64,000 nucleotides of DNA from an uncultured delta proteobacterium (GTDB lineage: Bacteria; Desulfobacterota; Binatia; UBA9968), in assembly GCA_963727625.1 (NCBI GenBank), contig CAVSHR010000009.1, positions 384,001 to 448,000 on the forward strand, written 5' to 3'. Positions 27,995 to 37,806 of the stretch are shown in pieces (position 1 is the stretch's first letter; each line of letters starts with the position of its first letter). A program made the translations under genes and the position numbers. The notes under the pieces were generated by a model that was not told the DNA's origin, did not search any database, and was given only the letters and a program-made list of their open reading frames with translations.

Positions 27995-28835
27995 GGCCGC
28001 CATCAAAGAAATCCTGACCAAGGTCAAATCACTCAACGGGGCGCAGCGCAGGCTCGGCAACTATCTGCAAAACGATAGTTCCGCCTTGCTGCTTTCCAAC
28101 GTGAACGATCTTGCTCAGGCGGTGGGCGTCAGCAAAGCGACCGTCGTTCGTTTTGCAAAGACCTTGGGTTACACGGGATTTCCCGAGCTCAAGCGCGACA
28201 TCCAGAAAGAGATGCGCCGCAAGCTGCGCGCCGCGGACCGGATGAAGGAGACCTTCGCCGAACTGGGCGACGATGAAAATATTTTCGCCAAGTTGATCAA
28301 GCGCGACATTCAGCTGCTGCAAGAGACTCTGCAGGCGGCTTCGTTCACAGAATTTCAAAAGGCCGTGGAAGTGATCTTACACGCCCGCAAGGTTTTTCTC
28401 ATCGGGCTCAACGCCTCAACGGCGCTTGCTTACATTCTCTATTTTAGGCTCGTGCGGGTAAAAAAAGACGCTCATTGGATCTTTTTAACCGGCGGTACTT
28501 CGCTGGTGGAGCAACTCGCATTCATGGAACCGGCGGACGTCCTGATCGCCATCGATTTTCTAGAAGTGCCTCGCGAAGTCCAGAGCGCGCTGCATCACGC
28601 CAAGAAAATCGGCGCGCCGATTCTCGGTATCACCGACTTTCCAAGTTCACCCATTGCCAAGGCAGCAAAGGTCTGCCTTTATGCAAAGCGCGGGCTACAT
28701 ACTTCGGTCAACTCGCTGACCCCGGCCTTCTCGCTGGTCAATGCTTTGGCGATCGCCGTCGGCTGGGCAAAGAAGTCCGACTCGATCAAAGCGCTCACAG
28801 ATTTAGACACATTATTGGAAGAACGCGGGCTGTAG
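27993..28835 (+). CDS. MurR/RpiR-family transcriptional regulator
   Basis: LAQAVGVSKATVVRFAKTLGYTGFPELK HTH plus SIS domain. Confidence 0.92.
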   Translation: MAAIKEILTKVKSLNGAQRRLGNYLQNDSSALLLSNVNDLAQAVGVSKATVVRFAKTLGYTGFPELKRDIQKEMRRKLRAADRMKETFAELGDDENIFAKLIKRDIQLLQETLQAASFTEFQKAVEVILHARKVFLIGLNASTALAYILYFRLVRVKKDAHWIFLTGGTSLVEQLAFMEPADVLIAIDFLEVPREVQSALHHAKKIGAPILGITDFPSSPIAKAAKVCLYAKRGLHTSVNSLTPAFSLVNALAIAVGWAKKSDSIKALTDLDTLLEERGL

Positions 28836-28861
28836 CACGGCCCAAACAAAGAAGGAGAACG

Positions 28862-29857
28862 ATGATGGCGACAAAATTAAAATTTGGGCTGCTCTTACCC
28901 CACTTCGGCGAATTCGCTTCAGTGGAACGGTGCATCGAAGGATCGAAGAAAGCCGAGGCCTACGGCTTCGACTCGGTTTGGGTGCGTGATCACTTGGTCT
29001 TCGAACCGCATGGCATGGAAGGCCACGATAATTCCCATATTGAAGGGCTGCTGATGCTCGCGGCGATCTCTTCGGTGTGTAAGAAGCTCACACTCGGCAC
29101 CGGTACGGTCATCTCGCACAGACATCCGATCCACCTGGCTCAAGCAATGGCCGGTTTGAGTGCGCTTTCCGACGGCAAAGTGATCATGGCAATCGGGCTC
29201 GGAACGTTCAAGCATGAATTCGAAGCGGCCGGGTTTAAAGGCAATACATTGCAGGACCGGGCGGATCTTGCGAGAATCAACTCCGAACTCTGCCGCCGAC
29301 TTTGGCAGGGCGAGAAGGTGACGTATAAAGATCGGTTTTTTGATTTCGCCGATGTCGACTTGAAGCCAACGCCAAAGCAGCCGATTCCGATCTGGTACGG
29401 CGGCGGCACTCCGGCTTCTTGCCGGCGCGCAGCGGAGTACTGCGATGGCTGGATGCCCGGACGCATCCCGATGTTGACCTTTATTAAAATGGTCGGTTAC
29501 CTCCGCGAGCAGTACAAAGCGCAGGGACGGCCGATGGGTACCGTCGGCGCGATTCCGATTGTCAGCATCGACAAGGATCTCGATACCGCGCTTAGCAAAG
29601 TCAACACGCCGGGATTGATCAAGGAAGGTAACAATCCCAGCAAGAAGACTTGGGTTAATTTCGGCAACTTCAAGAGCTATGACGATATCCGCGGTCTCCT
29701 GCTGGCGGGCAAGCCTGAAGATGTCGTAAAGGATACAAAGGAGTACGAGAAGAACGGTTTAGACCACATCGTTTACGATTTGCGTTTCCGCTACGCGGAT
29801 TGGTACGAGCAGATCGATTACCTGGGCAAAGAAGTGTTGCCGGCACTAAGAGCGTAA
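28862..29857 (+). CDS. LLM-class flavin-dependent oxidoreductase
   Basis: RBS AGGAG; AEAYGFDSVWVRDH; PIPIWYGG; DGWMP. Confidence 0.9.
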   Translation: MMATKLKFGLLLPHFGEFASVERCIEGSKKAEAYGFDSVWVRDHLVFEPHGMEGHDNSHIEGLLMLAAISSVCKKLTLGTGTVISHRHPIHLAQAMAGLSALSDGKVIMAIGLGTFKHEFEAAGFKGNTLQDRADLARINSELCRRLWQGEKVTYKDRFFDFADVDLKPTPKQPIPIWYGGGTPASCRRAAEYCDGWMPGRIPMLTFIKMVGYLREQYKAQGRPMGTVGAIPIVSIDKDLDTALSKVNTPGLIKEGNNPSKKTWVNFGNFKSYDDIRGLLLAGKPEDVVKDTKEYEKNGLDHIVYDLRFRYADWYEQIDYLGKEVLPALRA

Positions 29858-29864
29858 ACGCCCT

Positions 29865-29940
29865 TCAAGTCGTTCAAAACGTTGTGCAGGTCGGAATCAG
29901 ACGATTTGAACTGTTTGAACGAATTGAACGGATTGAACCA
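29865..29940. repeat. Tandem-inverted 9-nt-unit hairpin
   Basis: ttcaagtcg ttcaaaacg ... gatttgaac tgtttgaac gaattgaac ggattgaac. Confidence 0.6.
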
Positions 29941-29960
29941 GATCAATAGTGGAGTTCAAA

Positions 29961-30881
29961 ATGCGTACCGAAAAAGTTAACTTTTACAGTGAGGGCATAA
30001 AGCTCGCCGGCGTGCTCTACCTGCCGGATTCCGATCAGGGCAAGCCGTTTCCGGGAATCGTCCAAGGACCCGGCTTTCTCGGCCTCAAGGACGCCAAGCA
30101 CTACATCATGATGTTCGACAAGCTTTGCGCGGCCGGCTACGCTTGCCTTTGCTTCGACTATCGCGGCTGGGGCGACAGCGAAGGCGACCAACGCGGCTGG
30201 GTCATGCCCAAATGGCAGGCGGAAGACATCCGCAGCGCGCTCAGTTACCTGGAAAGCCGTCCGGAAATCGATGCCGATCGCCTTGCCACCTACGGCTCCG
30301 GCGGCACCGGCGGCGGCAATGCCGTCTATGTCGCGGCCATCGACTCGCGGGTCAAGTGCTGCGTCAGTTATCTCGGTGTCAGCAGCGGCCGCGAGTGGCT
30401 GCACTCGATGCGCCGGGAATATGAATGGGTCGATTATTTGAAAAGCATCGAGGTCGACCGCAAGCAGCGGGCGCTCACCGGCAAAGGTGCGATCGTCAGC
30501 GCGCGCGAAGGCGGTATCATGGTGCAAACCCCGGAGCGCCAAGCGACGACAATTAAAAAAGAGGTCGCGGATAAAATTCCCGACGCCATGCCGCTCGCCT
30601 GCGCCGAGGCGATCTTGGAATACAGCCCCATCGACGTGGTCCAGAAGATTTCTCCCCGGGGCGTGCTGTTCATTGCCGTCGAGAACGATGCCGTCACCCC
30701 GGAACAGCAGTCTTACGATCTATACGAAAAAGCGGGTGAGCCCAAGAAACTTGTTCTCTACAAAAAAACCACGCACTACGGCATCTACAACGATTACTTC
30801 GACGATGTCGCAGCCAACGTCGTTGACTGGTACAATCGCCATCTCAGGTACCACAGGGTCGAAATCACCGAAAAGCAATAG
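29961..30881 (+). CDS. Alpha/beta hydrolase
   Basis: FDYRGWGDSEG; atypical elbow YGSGGTGGG; D and H near the C-terminus. Confidence 0.85.
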   Translation: MRTEKVNFYSEGIKLAGVLYLPDSDQGKPFPGIVQGPGFLGLKDAKHYIMMFDKLCAAGYACLCFDYRGWGDSEGDQRGWVMPKWQAEDIRSALSYLESRPEIDADRLATYGSGGTGGGNAVYVAAIDSRVKCCVSYLGVSSGREWLHSMRREYEWVDYLKSIEVDRKQRALTGKGAIVSAREGGIMVQTPERQATTIKKEVADKIPDAMPLACAEAILEYSPIDVVQKISPRGVLFIAVENDAVTPEQQSYDLYEKAGEPKKLVLYKKTTHYGIYNDYFDDVAANVVDWYNRHLRYHRVEITEKQ

Positions 30882-30890
30882 GAGCTAGCC

Positions 30891-31913
30891 ATGAATAAGA
30901 TTTCCTTTGGCGTGAGAGTGCCGAATTCAGGTCCGCTTTCCAGCATCGAAAACATCGTCAACGCTGCCAAGTCGGCCGAAGATTTAGGCTTCGATGCGCT
31001 CTGGGTGCACGACCACGTGGTGTGGAGCTCGGAGATGCACCGCCATCATATTTCATCCGGCGCGGCCGAAGCGCTCGCCGATACCCAGGATGCCAACTTC
31101 TTCGAAGCCACGACGATGCTTTCTTACCTCGCTGCGGAAACGAAAAAGATTGTTTTGGGCGTCGCCTGTTTGGTCATGCCCTGCCGCAATCCGATATACG
31201 CCGCGAAACAATACTCGACTCTGGATCACCTCGCCAAAGGCCGTCTGCTGATCGGCGTTGGTCTTGGCTCCAAGGCGACGCGCGAGTCGGACGAATTCGG
31301 CGTTTTCGGTGTGCCCTACGAGCGGCGCGGGGACCGCACCGATGAATATATCCAAGCGATGAAAGAGATTTGGACTCAACCCCTCGCCGCTTACAAAGGC
31401 GATTTCATCGAGTTCAAAAATGCCGAAGTCTATCCGAAGCCGTTTCAGAAACCGCATCCGCCCGTGTGGGTCGGCGGCTGGATGAAGCTCGCCGCCAAAC
31501 GGGCCGGCAAATATGGCGAAGGCTGGATTCCCGGCTGGCTTTCGCCCAAGGAGATGAAAGTCGGCTGCGGCATCTTGGCGCAAACCGCGAAGGACAACGG
31601 CCGCGATCCCTCGAAGATCACCATCGCCGTTGAGAAACTCGCGACCATCGCCAAGACGCGCGACGAAGGCCTGAATCTAGCGATGCCCACACTCAAGACC
31701 AGCAGCGAGAGCTACGAGCGCGACATCGACAGTATGCAGTTCGCCCTCGACCGCCATATATTCGGCTCGGTAGACGACGTGCGCCGGCGCGTCGATGAAT
31801 TCATCGAAAACGGCGTGCAGCACTTCGAGCTCAAGGTCATCTACCCGACCATGGATAGCTTGAACCAGCAAATGGAGCTCTGGGCGGAAAACATTCTGCC
31901 GCGGTACAATTAA
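30891..31913 (+). CDS. LLM-class flavin-dependent oxidoreductase
   Basis: AEDLGFDALWVHDH; PKPFQKPHPPVWVGG. Confidence 0.9.
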   Translation: MNKISFGVRVPNSGPLSSIENIVNAAKSAEDLGFDALWVHDHVVWSSEMHRHHISSGAAEALADTQDANFFEATTMLSYLAAETKKIVLGVACLVMPCRNPIYAAKQYSTLDHLAKGRLLIGVGLGSKATRESDEFGVFGVPYERRGDRTDEYIQAMKEIWTQPLAAYKGDFIEFKNAEVYPKPFQKPHPPVWVGGWMKLAAKRAGKYGEGWIPGWLSPKEMKVGCGILAQTAKDNGRDPSKITIAVEKLATIAKTRDEGLNLAMPTLKTSSESYERDIDSMQFALDRHIFGSVDDVRRRVDEFIENGVQHFELKVIYPTMDSLNQQMELWAENILPRYN

Positions 31914-31914
31914 A

Positions 31915-31995
31915 GATTGGAGTGTTGGAATAATGGAGTAAATGAGTATTGGGTCGAGAAATCACCCATGACTCCCATGCTCCATTACTCCAATG
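31915..31995. repeat. Tandem-inverted 8-nt-unit hairpin
   Basis: ttggagtg ttggaata atggagta ... atgctcca ttactcca. Confidence 0.65.
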
Positions 31996-32005
31996 AGTTG
32001 CGATC

Positions 32006-32485
32006 ATGAACCTTTCATTTCAACTCAACGGCAAGCCCTGGCAGGTCGACTGCGAGCCGCAGGAAACCCTGGCCGAGGTTCTGCGCAACACGCTGAACCT
32101 CAACGGCACAAAAGTTTCCTGCGATGTTCAGGTCTGCGGTGCCTGCACCGTATTGGTTGACGGCGCCCCGGTAAGCGCCTGCACCTATTTGGCCTACGAA
32201 GCGCGCGGCAAAAACGTCACCACCATCGAAGGTCTGGAAAAGCCCGACGGCACGCTCCATCCGCTTCAGCAGGCATTCATCGACGAATTCGCCTTTCAAT
32301 GCGGTTACTGTACGCCAGGCATGATCATGTCGGCAAAGGCTCTATTGGACGAAAATCCCAAACCGACGCGCGACGAGATCATCCATCATATGGACGGCAA
32401 TCTGTGCCGCTGCACCGGTTATCTGCCGATCGTCGCCGCGATCCAGCGCGCCGCTGACGTGATGTCGAAGGAGTCGAAAAAGTGA
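32006..32485 (+). CDS. Mo-hydroxylase small (2Fe-2S) subunit (CoxS/XdhC-like)
   Basis: CDVQVCGAC...C; QCGYCTPG; NLCRCTGY. Confidence 0.92.
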   Translation: MNLSFQLNGKPWQVDCEPQETLAEVLRNTLNLNGTKVSCDVQVCGACTVLVDGAPVSACTYLAYEARGKNVTTIEGLEKPDGTLHPLQQAFIDEFAFQCGYCTPGMIMSAKALLDENPKPTRDEIIHHMDGNLCRCTGYLPIVAAIQRAADVMSKESKK

Positions 32486-34776
32486 GCACCCAGAAGAGAT
32501 CCGATTTCCACGTCGTCAATCATTCGGTCCCGCGCCGTGACGGTCGGGTTAAAGTCACCGGCAAGGCCCAGTACGTCGCCGATCTAAGGCTCATCGGCAT
32601 GGCCTACGCCAAAGTGCTGCGCAGTCCGTACGCCCACGCGAAAATTATTTCCATCGATAAATCGCGCGCAGAAGCGCATCCCGGGGTTTATTGCGTCGTC
32701 ACCGGCTACGATCTCGACGGGTTGAATCCCTATTTCGGCCACGCCGTCAAAGACCATCCGCTGCTGGCAATCGAAAAAGTACGCTACGCCGGCGAGCCGG
32801 TCGCCGCGGTGGTGGCGATCGATGAACGGACCGCCTTCGAAGCATTGGAGTTTATCGAGGTCAAGTACCAAGAACTGAAAGGCGTCTTCACCCCGGAAGA
32901 AGCGATGGCCACCGACGCGCCGCTCTTGCACGAAAAGAAATTCGAAGCCGGGGCGTTGCGCGGATTCGAAGGCGATGTCACCGCCGGCAAAGGGAACAAT
33001 ATCTGCCAGAGCCATAAAATCCAGTGGGGCAATGTCGAGAAGGCGTTCAAAGAAGCTGCTTCAGTCGTCGAAGGCAATTATTATTTTCCCATGACCTACG
33101 CCTACGCGATGGAGCCCTACGTCGCCATCGCCGATGTCACCGACCAAGGCGTGAATATTTATTCGTCGGCGCAGCATCCGTTTATGGTGCGCCACGACTT
33201 GAAATCCATTTTCAATCTCCCGGTGAGCAAGGTGCGCCTGATCGTTCCCTTTGTCGGCGGCGGTTACGGCAGCAAGTCATACACGAAAGTCGAGCCGTTG
33301 ACTGCAGCCTGCTCCTGGAAAGCCAAGCGTCCGGTGAAGCTTCAGCTCACCGTCGAAGAAGCGATGCTGACTACGCGCAGCGACGACGCCTACACCTGGA
33401 TGCGCACGGCGGTGGATAAAAACGGCAAGATCATCGCCCGCCAGGCCAAGATCTATATGAACACCGGTGCCTACGCCGAAAACAGTCCGCTGGTCGTCGA
33501 AAAGTCGACCAACCGTTGCGTCGGTCCCTACGCGATTCCAAATGTTTTGATTGAAAACTGCTCGCTGTACACGAATACCGTGCCGGCTAGTTCTTACCGC
33601 GGTTTCGGTTGCGCCCAGGTTACGTTGCCGGGTGAATCACAGATCGATGAACTGGCGGCAAAGATCGGCAAAGATCCCTATGAATTTCGTTTAGCCAATG
33701 CAGCCAAACCTGGCGAAGAATTTTTTCCCGGCATGCGGCCTTTCGACGGCACGTTAAAGGAGGACCTGGAGACCGCGGCTAAATCGATCGGTTGGGGAAC
33801 ACCCTTGGCCAAGGGGCATGGCCGCACCGTGGCCGTATCCGGCAGCGATGCCGGCGCTTATCCACTTACGTCGACCGCCGTGCGCGTCCACGCCGACGGA
33901 TCCGTGACGATCATGACCGGGAGCACGGAACTGGGACAGGGAAGCCACACAGTATTGCCGCAAATCGCGGCGGAAGCGCTGGGAGTCCCGTTCGAGGATG
34001 TCAACGTGGTTTCTTCGGACACCGCGATCACACCTTATGATCGCTCCACCGGCGCCAGCCGCACGACGACTTTAATGGGCAGCGCGGTGTTGGAAGCGAG
34101 CCAGGAGGCCATCCAACAGATGGTCGTGATGGCCGCCGATGTGTTGAAAGTGAAGGTTGAAGATATTCAAACCATTCGCGGCGGTGTGCGCTGCGGCGAG
34201 GTCCAACTCAATTGGTCTCAAGTGATCAGTAAATTTTACGGGCTTCCCGACGGTGAAGTGATCGGCCGGTCTTATATAAGAAAATCCGGCAGGTTCGCCG
34301 CCCTGCCGGTTTTCTGGGAAGCCGCCGCTACCGGCGTCGAAATTTCCGTCGACGAGGAGACCGGCAAAATCACCATGGAAAAGCTCGCCACCGTCGGCGA
34401 CGTGGGACTGGCGATCAACCCGGCGCTGGCCGAGGGCCAGGACATCGGCGCCGCGACCATGGGTATGGGCATCGGTCTTTTCGAAGAGCTGGTGTACGAA
34501 GGCTCGCAGCTGATGAACGGTTCGATTCTCGATTACCGCCTGCCGCGCTTCTCCGACTTGCCCCGGCAAGTGGAGCTTCATCTTGTGCAAAACCAGGACG
34601 GCGTCGGTCCCTACGGCGCCAAAGGCGGCGGCGAAGCGTCATTGAATTCGATGGCCGCCAACATCGCCAACGCGGTCGACCGCGCCGTGGGTGTGCGCAT
34701 CCGCCAGGCGCCACTCACGCCGGAACGAGTCTGGCGCGCCTTAAAAGATAAAAAGATTCAAGGTTCAAAGGTTTAA
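32482..34776 (+). CDS. Xanthine dehydrogenase-family molybdopterin-binding subunit
   Basis: KVTGKAQY; GGGYGSK; YRGFG; ELGQG; GAKGGGE. Confidence 0.92.
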   Translation: MSTQKRSDFHVVNHSVPRRDGRVKVTGKAQYVADLRLIGMAYAKVLRSPYAHAKIISIDKSRAEAHPGVYCVVTGYDLDGLNPYFGHAVKDHPLLAIEKVRYAGEPVAAVVAIDERTAFEALEFIEVKYQELKGVFTPEEAMATDAPLLHEKKFEAGALRGFEGDVTAGKGNNICQSHKIQWGNVEKAFKEAASVVEGNYYFPMTYAYAMEPYVAIADVTDQGVNIYSSAQHPFMVRHDLKSIFNLPVSKVRLIVPFVGGGYGSKSYTKVEPLTAACSWKAKRPVKLQLTVEEAMLTTRSDDAYTWMRTAVDKNGKIIARQAKIYMNTGAYAENSPLVVEKSTNRCVGPYAIPNVLIENCSLYTNTVPASSYRGFGCAQVTLPGESQIDELAAKIGKDPYEFRLANAAKPGEEFFPGMRPFDGTLKEDLETAAKSIGWGTPLAKGHGRTVAVSGSDAGAYPLTSTAVRVHADGSVTIMTGSTELGQGSHTVLPQIAAEALGVPFEDVNVVSSDTAITPYDRSTGASRTTTLMGSAVLEASQEAIQQMVVMAADVLKVKVEDIQTIRGGVRCGEVQLNWSQVISKFYGLPDGEVIGRSYIRKSGRFAALPVFWEAAATGVEISVDEETGKITMEKLATVGDVGLAINPALAEGQDIGAATMGMGIGLFEELVYEGSQLMNGSILDYRLPRFSDLPRQVELHLVQNQDGVGPYGAKGGGEASLNSMAANIANAVDRAVGVRIRQAPLTPERVWRALKDKKIQGSKV

Positions 34777-34842
34777 AAACTGCTGCGACTGAAATGCGAG
34801 AGCTGCCAACCCTTGAACCATTGAACGTTTGAAACCTTGAAC
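34757..34842. repeat. Tandem-inverted ttcaag/cttgaa hairpin
   Basis: ttcaagg ttcaaagg ... ccttgaa ccattgaa cgtttgaaa ccttgaa. Confidence 0.55.
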
Positions 34843-34853
34843 GAGAATTATTT

Positions 34854-35708
34854 ATGATGCCGCTAAGACGATTTACAATTCACCAACCGAAAACCATCGC
34901 CGAAGCTTCGCAGATGCTCGGCGCCTTCGGCGAGAAGGGCCGGCTCTACGCCGGCGGCACCGAGCTGCTTTTAGCCATGAAGCATGACTTGCTGCGCTAC
35001 GAGCACTTGGTCGACGTCAAGACGATTCCCTATCTCAACAAGATTGAAATGAAAAATGGCGCGCTGCTGATCGGCAGCACGGCGACGCATCGCGCCATCG
35101 AGCGCTCTTCGCTCGTCCAACAAAGCTTGCCGTTGCTCGCCGAGATGGAGACCAAAGTCGCCAACGTGCGCGTGCGCGCCACCGGCACCCTCGGGGGAAA
35201 TCTCTGCTTCGCCGAACCGCATTCCGATCCGGCCACCTTGCTGGTCGCCCTCGGCGCAAAGGCACATGTGCAAGGGCAAGCGGGAAACAAGACCGTCGCC
35301 ATCGATAAGTTCATCACCGGCGCCTACGAAACTTCGCTCGCCAGCGATGAGCTCTTGACTGGCGTTGAGATTCCGATTCCCCCTAAGAACCAGCGCTCCG
35401 CGTATCTTAAGTTCCAACTCAAAGAGCGCCCAACGCTGGGTTTAGCGTTAGTGCTCGATGTCGACGGCGACAGGATCAAGAAAGCCAGCGCCATCGTCGG
35501 CAGCGTCAGCGCCGTGCCGACCCAATCCGATAAAGCCAATAGCCTGCTTACCGGCGCGCGGTCCAAAGTCGAAAAGCAACTCGCCGACGCCGCCGAAGCG
35601 CTGGCGCAGGCCGCCGATCCGGTCGACGACCTCGAAGGCGGCGCCGATTACAAGCGCCACTTGATCAAGGTGTTTCTGCGCCGGGCATTCATTAAAGCAT
35701 TATCTTAA
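34854..35708 (+). CDS. Mo-hydroxylase FAD-binding subunit (CoxM-like)
   Basis: AGGTEL; VRATGTLGGNL...P.SD; ADYKRHL. Confidence 0.9.
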   Translation: MMPLRRFTIHQPKTIAEASQMLGAFGEKGRLYAGGTELLLAMKHDLLRYEHLVDVKTIPYLNKIEMKNGALLIGSTATHRAIERSSLVQQSLPLLAEMETKVANVRVRATGTLGGNLCFAEPHSDPATLLVALGAKAHVQGQAGNKTVAIDKFITGAYETSLASDELLTGVEIPIPPKNQRSAYLKFQLKERPTLGLALVLDVDGDRIKKASAIVGSVSAVPTQSDKANSLLTGARSKVEKQLADAAEALAQAADPVDDLEGGADYKRHLIKVFLRRAFIKALS

Positions 35709-35929
35709 AATTTTATTGCGCCGCGCCGTCGATATCGTCGTGGGGGCAAACCGAAACCCTGCCCAATACCAGGGAGTCCCTTCTTGACCTCGTTTGAACA
35801 TTTCCGGCTGTTTTTAGCAAGCTTCTCTGCCGATCGGCGGGCGGGAACGCTTGCTAAGCAACGGGGCGTAGCGCTATCCTTGCGCTCGCTTCTAGCCCGT
35901 ACGCGAATTGCTTTCCCGGAGGTGGTCAA

Positions 35930-36085
35930 ATGGACTTCGTCGGGGACTTCGCTTTCAGGATATTTTCGGAACTCAGGCCGCTGTTCGATTGGGCTCTGGG
36001 GAATTGGGTAGTCACCTTGCCCGTGCTCGGCCTGCTGATCTTTGGCGCCGGAAAATATCGTAGTGCTTACCGGCACCATTCGTAG
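35930..36085 (+). CDS. 51-aa putative single-pass membrane protein (absent from ORF track)
   Basis: GGAGGT RBS; MDFVGDFAFRIFSELRPLFDWALGNWVVTLPVLGLLIFGAGKYRSAYRHHS*. Confidence 0.55.
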   Translation: MDFVGDFAFRIFSELRPLFDWALGNWVVTLPVLGLLIFGAGKYRSAYRHHS

Positions 36086-36276
36086 CGCGCCGATTCTCAA
36101 AGTTTTCCAAGCTGGACCCATTTTGCTTGGCAAAGCGAGCCGTTGCGCCTAGTGCGCGCCGTGAATTCCTCGCGCCTTTCCTTGACCTGGCGACTTTCTC
36201 TGCGCTAGTCTCGGCGAAGAAAAGGTCGCGCCGGTTTTAAAGCTGGCGCGATCGACAAAAGCACTCGGGAGGAATC

Positions 36277-36729
36277 ATGGCGGGTGAAAAAAACGTCAAC
36301 AACATCACATTTCGCATTCGGCATACGATGCTGCTGGTCAGCGATCTGGACCGGAGCATCGACTTTTACACCCGGCTTTTAGGCATGGACGTCCAGCGCT
36401 TGCGCCCGGTGCCGGAAAAAAGCGAACGCGTCGGGTATATCGGCTACGGCACCGAAGACGAGTTTCCGGGTTTGGAATTGATCGAAACCGGCGGCCCGGG
36501 CCATATTCCAGAGATGCCCAAATGGTACGGTCACGTCGCCCTGTATGTCTCCGACCTATATAAGTTGAGTGAAAAACTAAAAGCCGAAGGGGTCAAATTT
36601 AACCTCGGCCCGCAACCCAATCGCCCGGGCAGCCAGGACCATGTCGCCTTCATCCAGGACCCGGACGGATACGTCCTCGAGCTCACCGAGCGTCACTCGA
36701 AGAGTGGTCCGCCGGTAAAGGTGACTTAA
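36277..36729 (+). CDS. VOC/glyoxalase-family protein (lactoylglutathione lyase-like)
   Basis: HTMLLVSDLDRSIDFY..LLGM; GHVAL; FIQDPDGY.LEL. Confidence 0.88.
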   Translation: MAGEKNVNNITFRIRHTMLLVSDLDRSIDFYTRLLGMDVQRLRPVPEKSERVGYIGYGTEDEFPGLELIETGGPGHIPEMPKWYGHVALYVSDLYKLSEKLKAEGVKFNLGPQPNRPGSQDHVAFIQDPDGYVLELTERHSKSGPPVKVT

Positions 36730-36786
36730 GCCCTGCCACCGCTCACGAACCGAGGGAGACCAATCGGCGAATAACGATTTTCCCAG

Positions 36787-37803
36787 TCAGCGCGCGCGAA
36801 TAAACAGCGACTCGTACTGTCGCGTGTAACCTTGCAGCTTCTCGGCGAGTTGGACGCGGCTGGGAAATAGTTTTAGCTGGTTGGGAAATCCGTCCGGCTT
36901 CATGCCGCTGCGCGATGACACCCTGCCCCGTTGTACGAAAATTTTCTGGGCTTCATCGGAGAGCGCGAAGTCGATGAAAAGCCGCGCCGCGTTGGGGTGT
37001 GGCGCGCGATCGACGATACTGATCGGGTGCAACGCCACGATCACCGGTTCCATCGCCAGCCAATCCACCGGCGCGCCTTGTTTTTTTAATAAATGCACTC
37101 GGTACCAGTAGGCGACGATCTGCAAGTCGAATTCACCGGCGACCAGGAGTTGCGTGAGCAGCGTACGCCCCTTGCGAAAGGATACCTGCTGCTTGGCCAG
37201 CGCCTCCATAAATCCCAGGCCCTTCTTCTCGCCCCATAGGTACAGCATGTTGGCAAACCAACGGTCCTCGTTTTGTTCCAACGCCATCCGCCCCTTCCAA
37301 CGGGGATGCAGCAGATCTTCATAGCGCTTGGGCAATTTATCCCGTTTCACCCCCGCCGTGTTGTAGGCCATGACCAGCAGGTTGTCGTAGAGATCGGTCC
37401 AGTAACCGTTGGGATCTTTGAAGCCGTCACCGTAGGCCGCCGCCATCGGCGATTTGTACGGCGCGATCAGCCCGGATTTTTGCATGTGATAAGTTTCAAA
37501 TTCGCCGACACTGATGGTGTCGGTGGCGTAATTACCCGCCTTTCGTTCCAAGCTCATGCGGCTGACGATGCGGTCATGAGTGGAACGAAAGATGTCGGTC
37601 TTGAGGAACGGATACTTGGCTTCAAATGCCGAAGTTAAAGCGCGAGCGAACGTGGTTTCCACCGAAGTGTAAAAAACCATCTTGCCTTCTTTTTTTGCCC
37701 CCTCGACCAGCGCCGCACCCCGCAGCCCCGTTTCCGCGCTGTAGCCTGCCCTACCCAAAACGGTTAGAACCAACAACGTGATTACTTGGATTTTGATTTT
37801 CAT
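36787..37803 (-). CDS. ABC transporter substrate-binding protein (Fe3+/thiamine-like)
   Basis: Signal peptide; AKKEGK..FYTS; YEDLL.P.WKG; APHPNAARLFIDF.LS. Confidence 0.88.
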   Translation of the reverse strand: MKIKIQVITLLVLTVLGRAGYSAETGLRGAALVEGAKKEGKMVFYTSVETTFARALTSAFEAKYPFLKTDIFRSTHDRIVSRMSLERKAGNYATDTISVGEFETYHMQKSGLIAPYKSPMAAAYGDGFKDPNGYWTDLYDNLLVMAYNTAGVKRDKLPKRYEDLLHPRWKGRMALEQNEDRWFANMLYLWGEKKGLGFMEALAKQQVSFRKGRTLLTQLLVAGEFDLQIVAYWYRVHLLKKQGAPVDWLAMEPVIVALHPISIVDRAPHPNAARLFIDFALSDEAQKIFVQRGRVSSRSGMKPDGFPNQLKLFPSRVQLAEKLQGYTRQYESLFIRAR

Positions 37804-37806
37804 TCC

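Noticed and set aside
32006-35708. Aerobic CO dehydrogenase (coxSLM)
   Set aside because: Active-site loop is SSYRGFG, not form I AYxCSFR; the order is S-L-M and no cox accessory genes are present
35705-36133. 142-aa minus-strand ORF
   Set aside because: No RBS or motifs; overlaps a better-supported + strand microprotein
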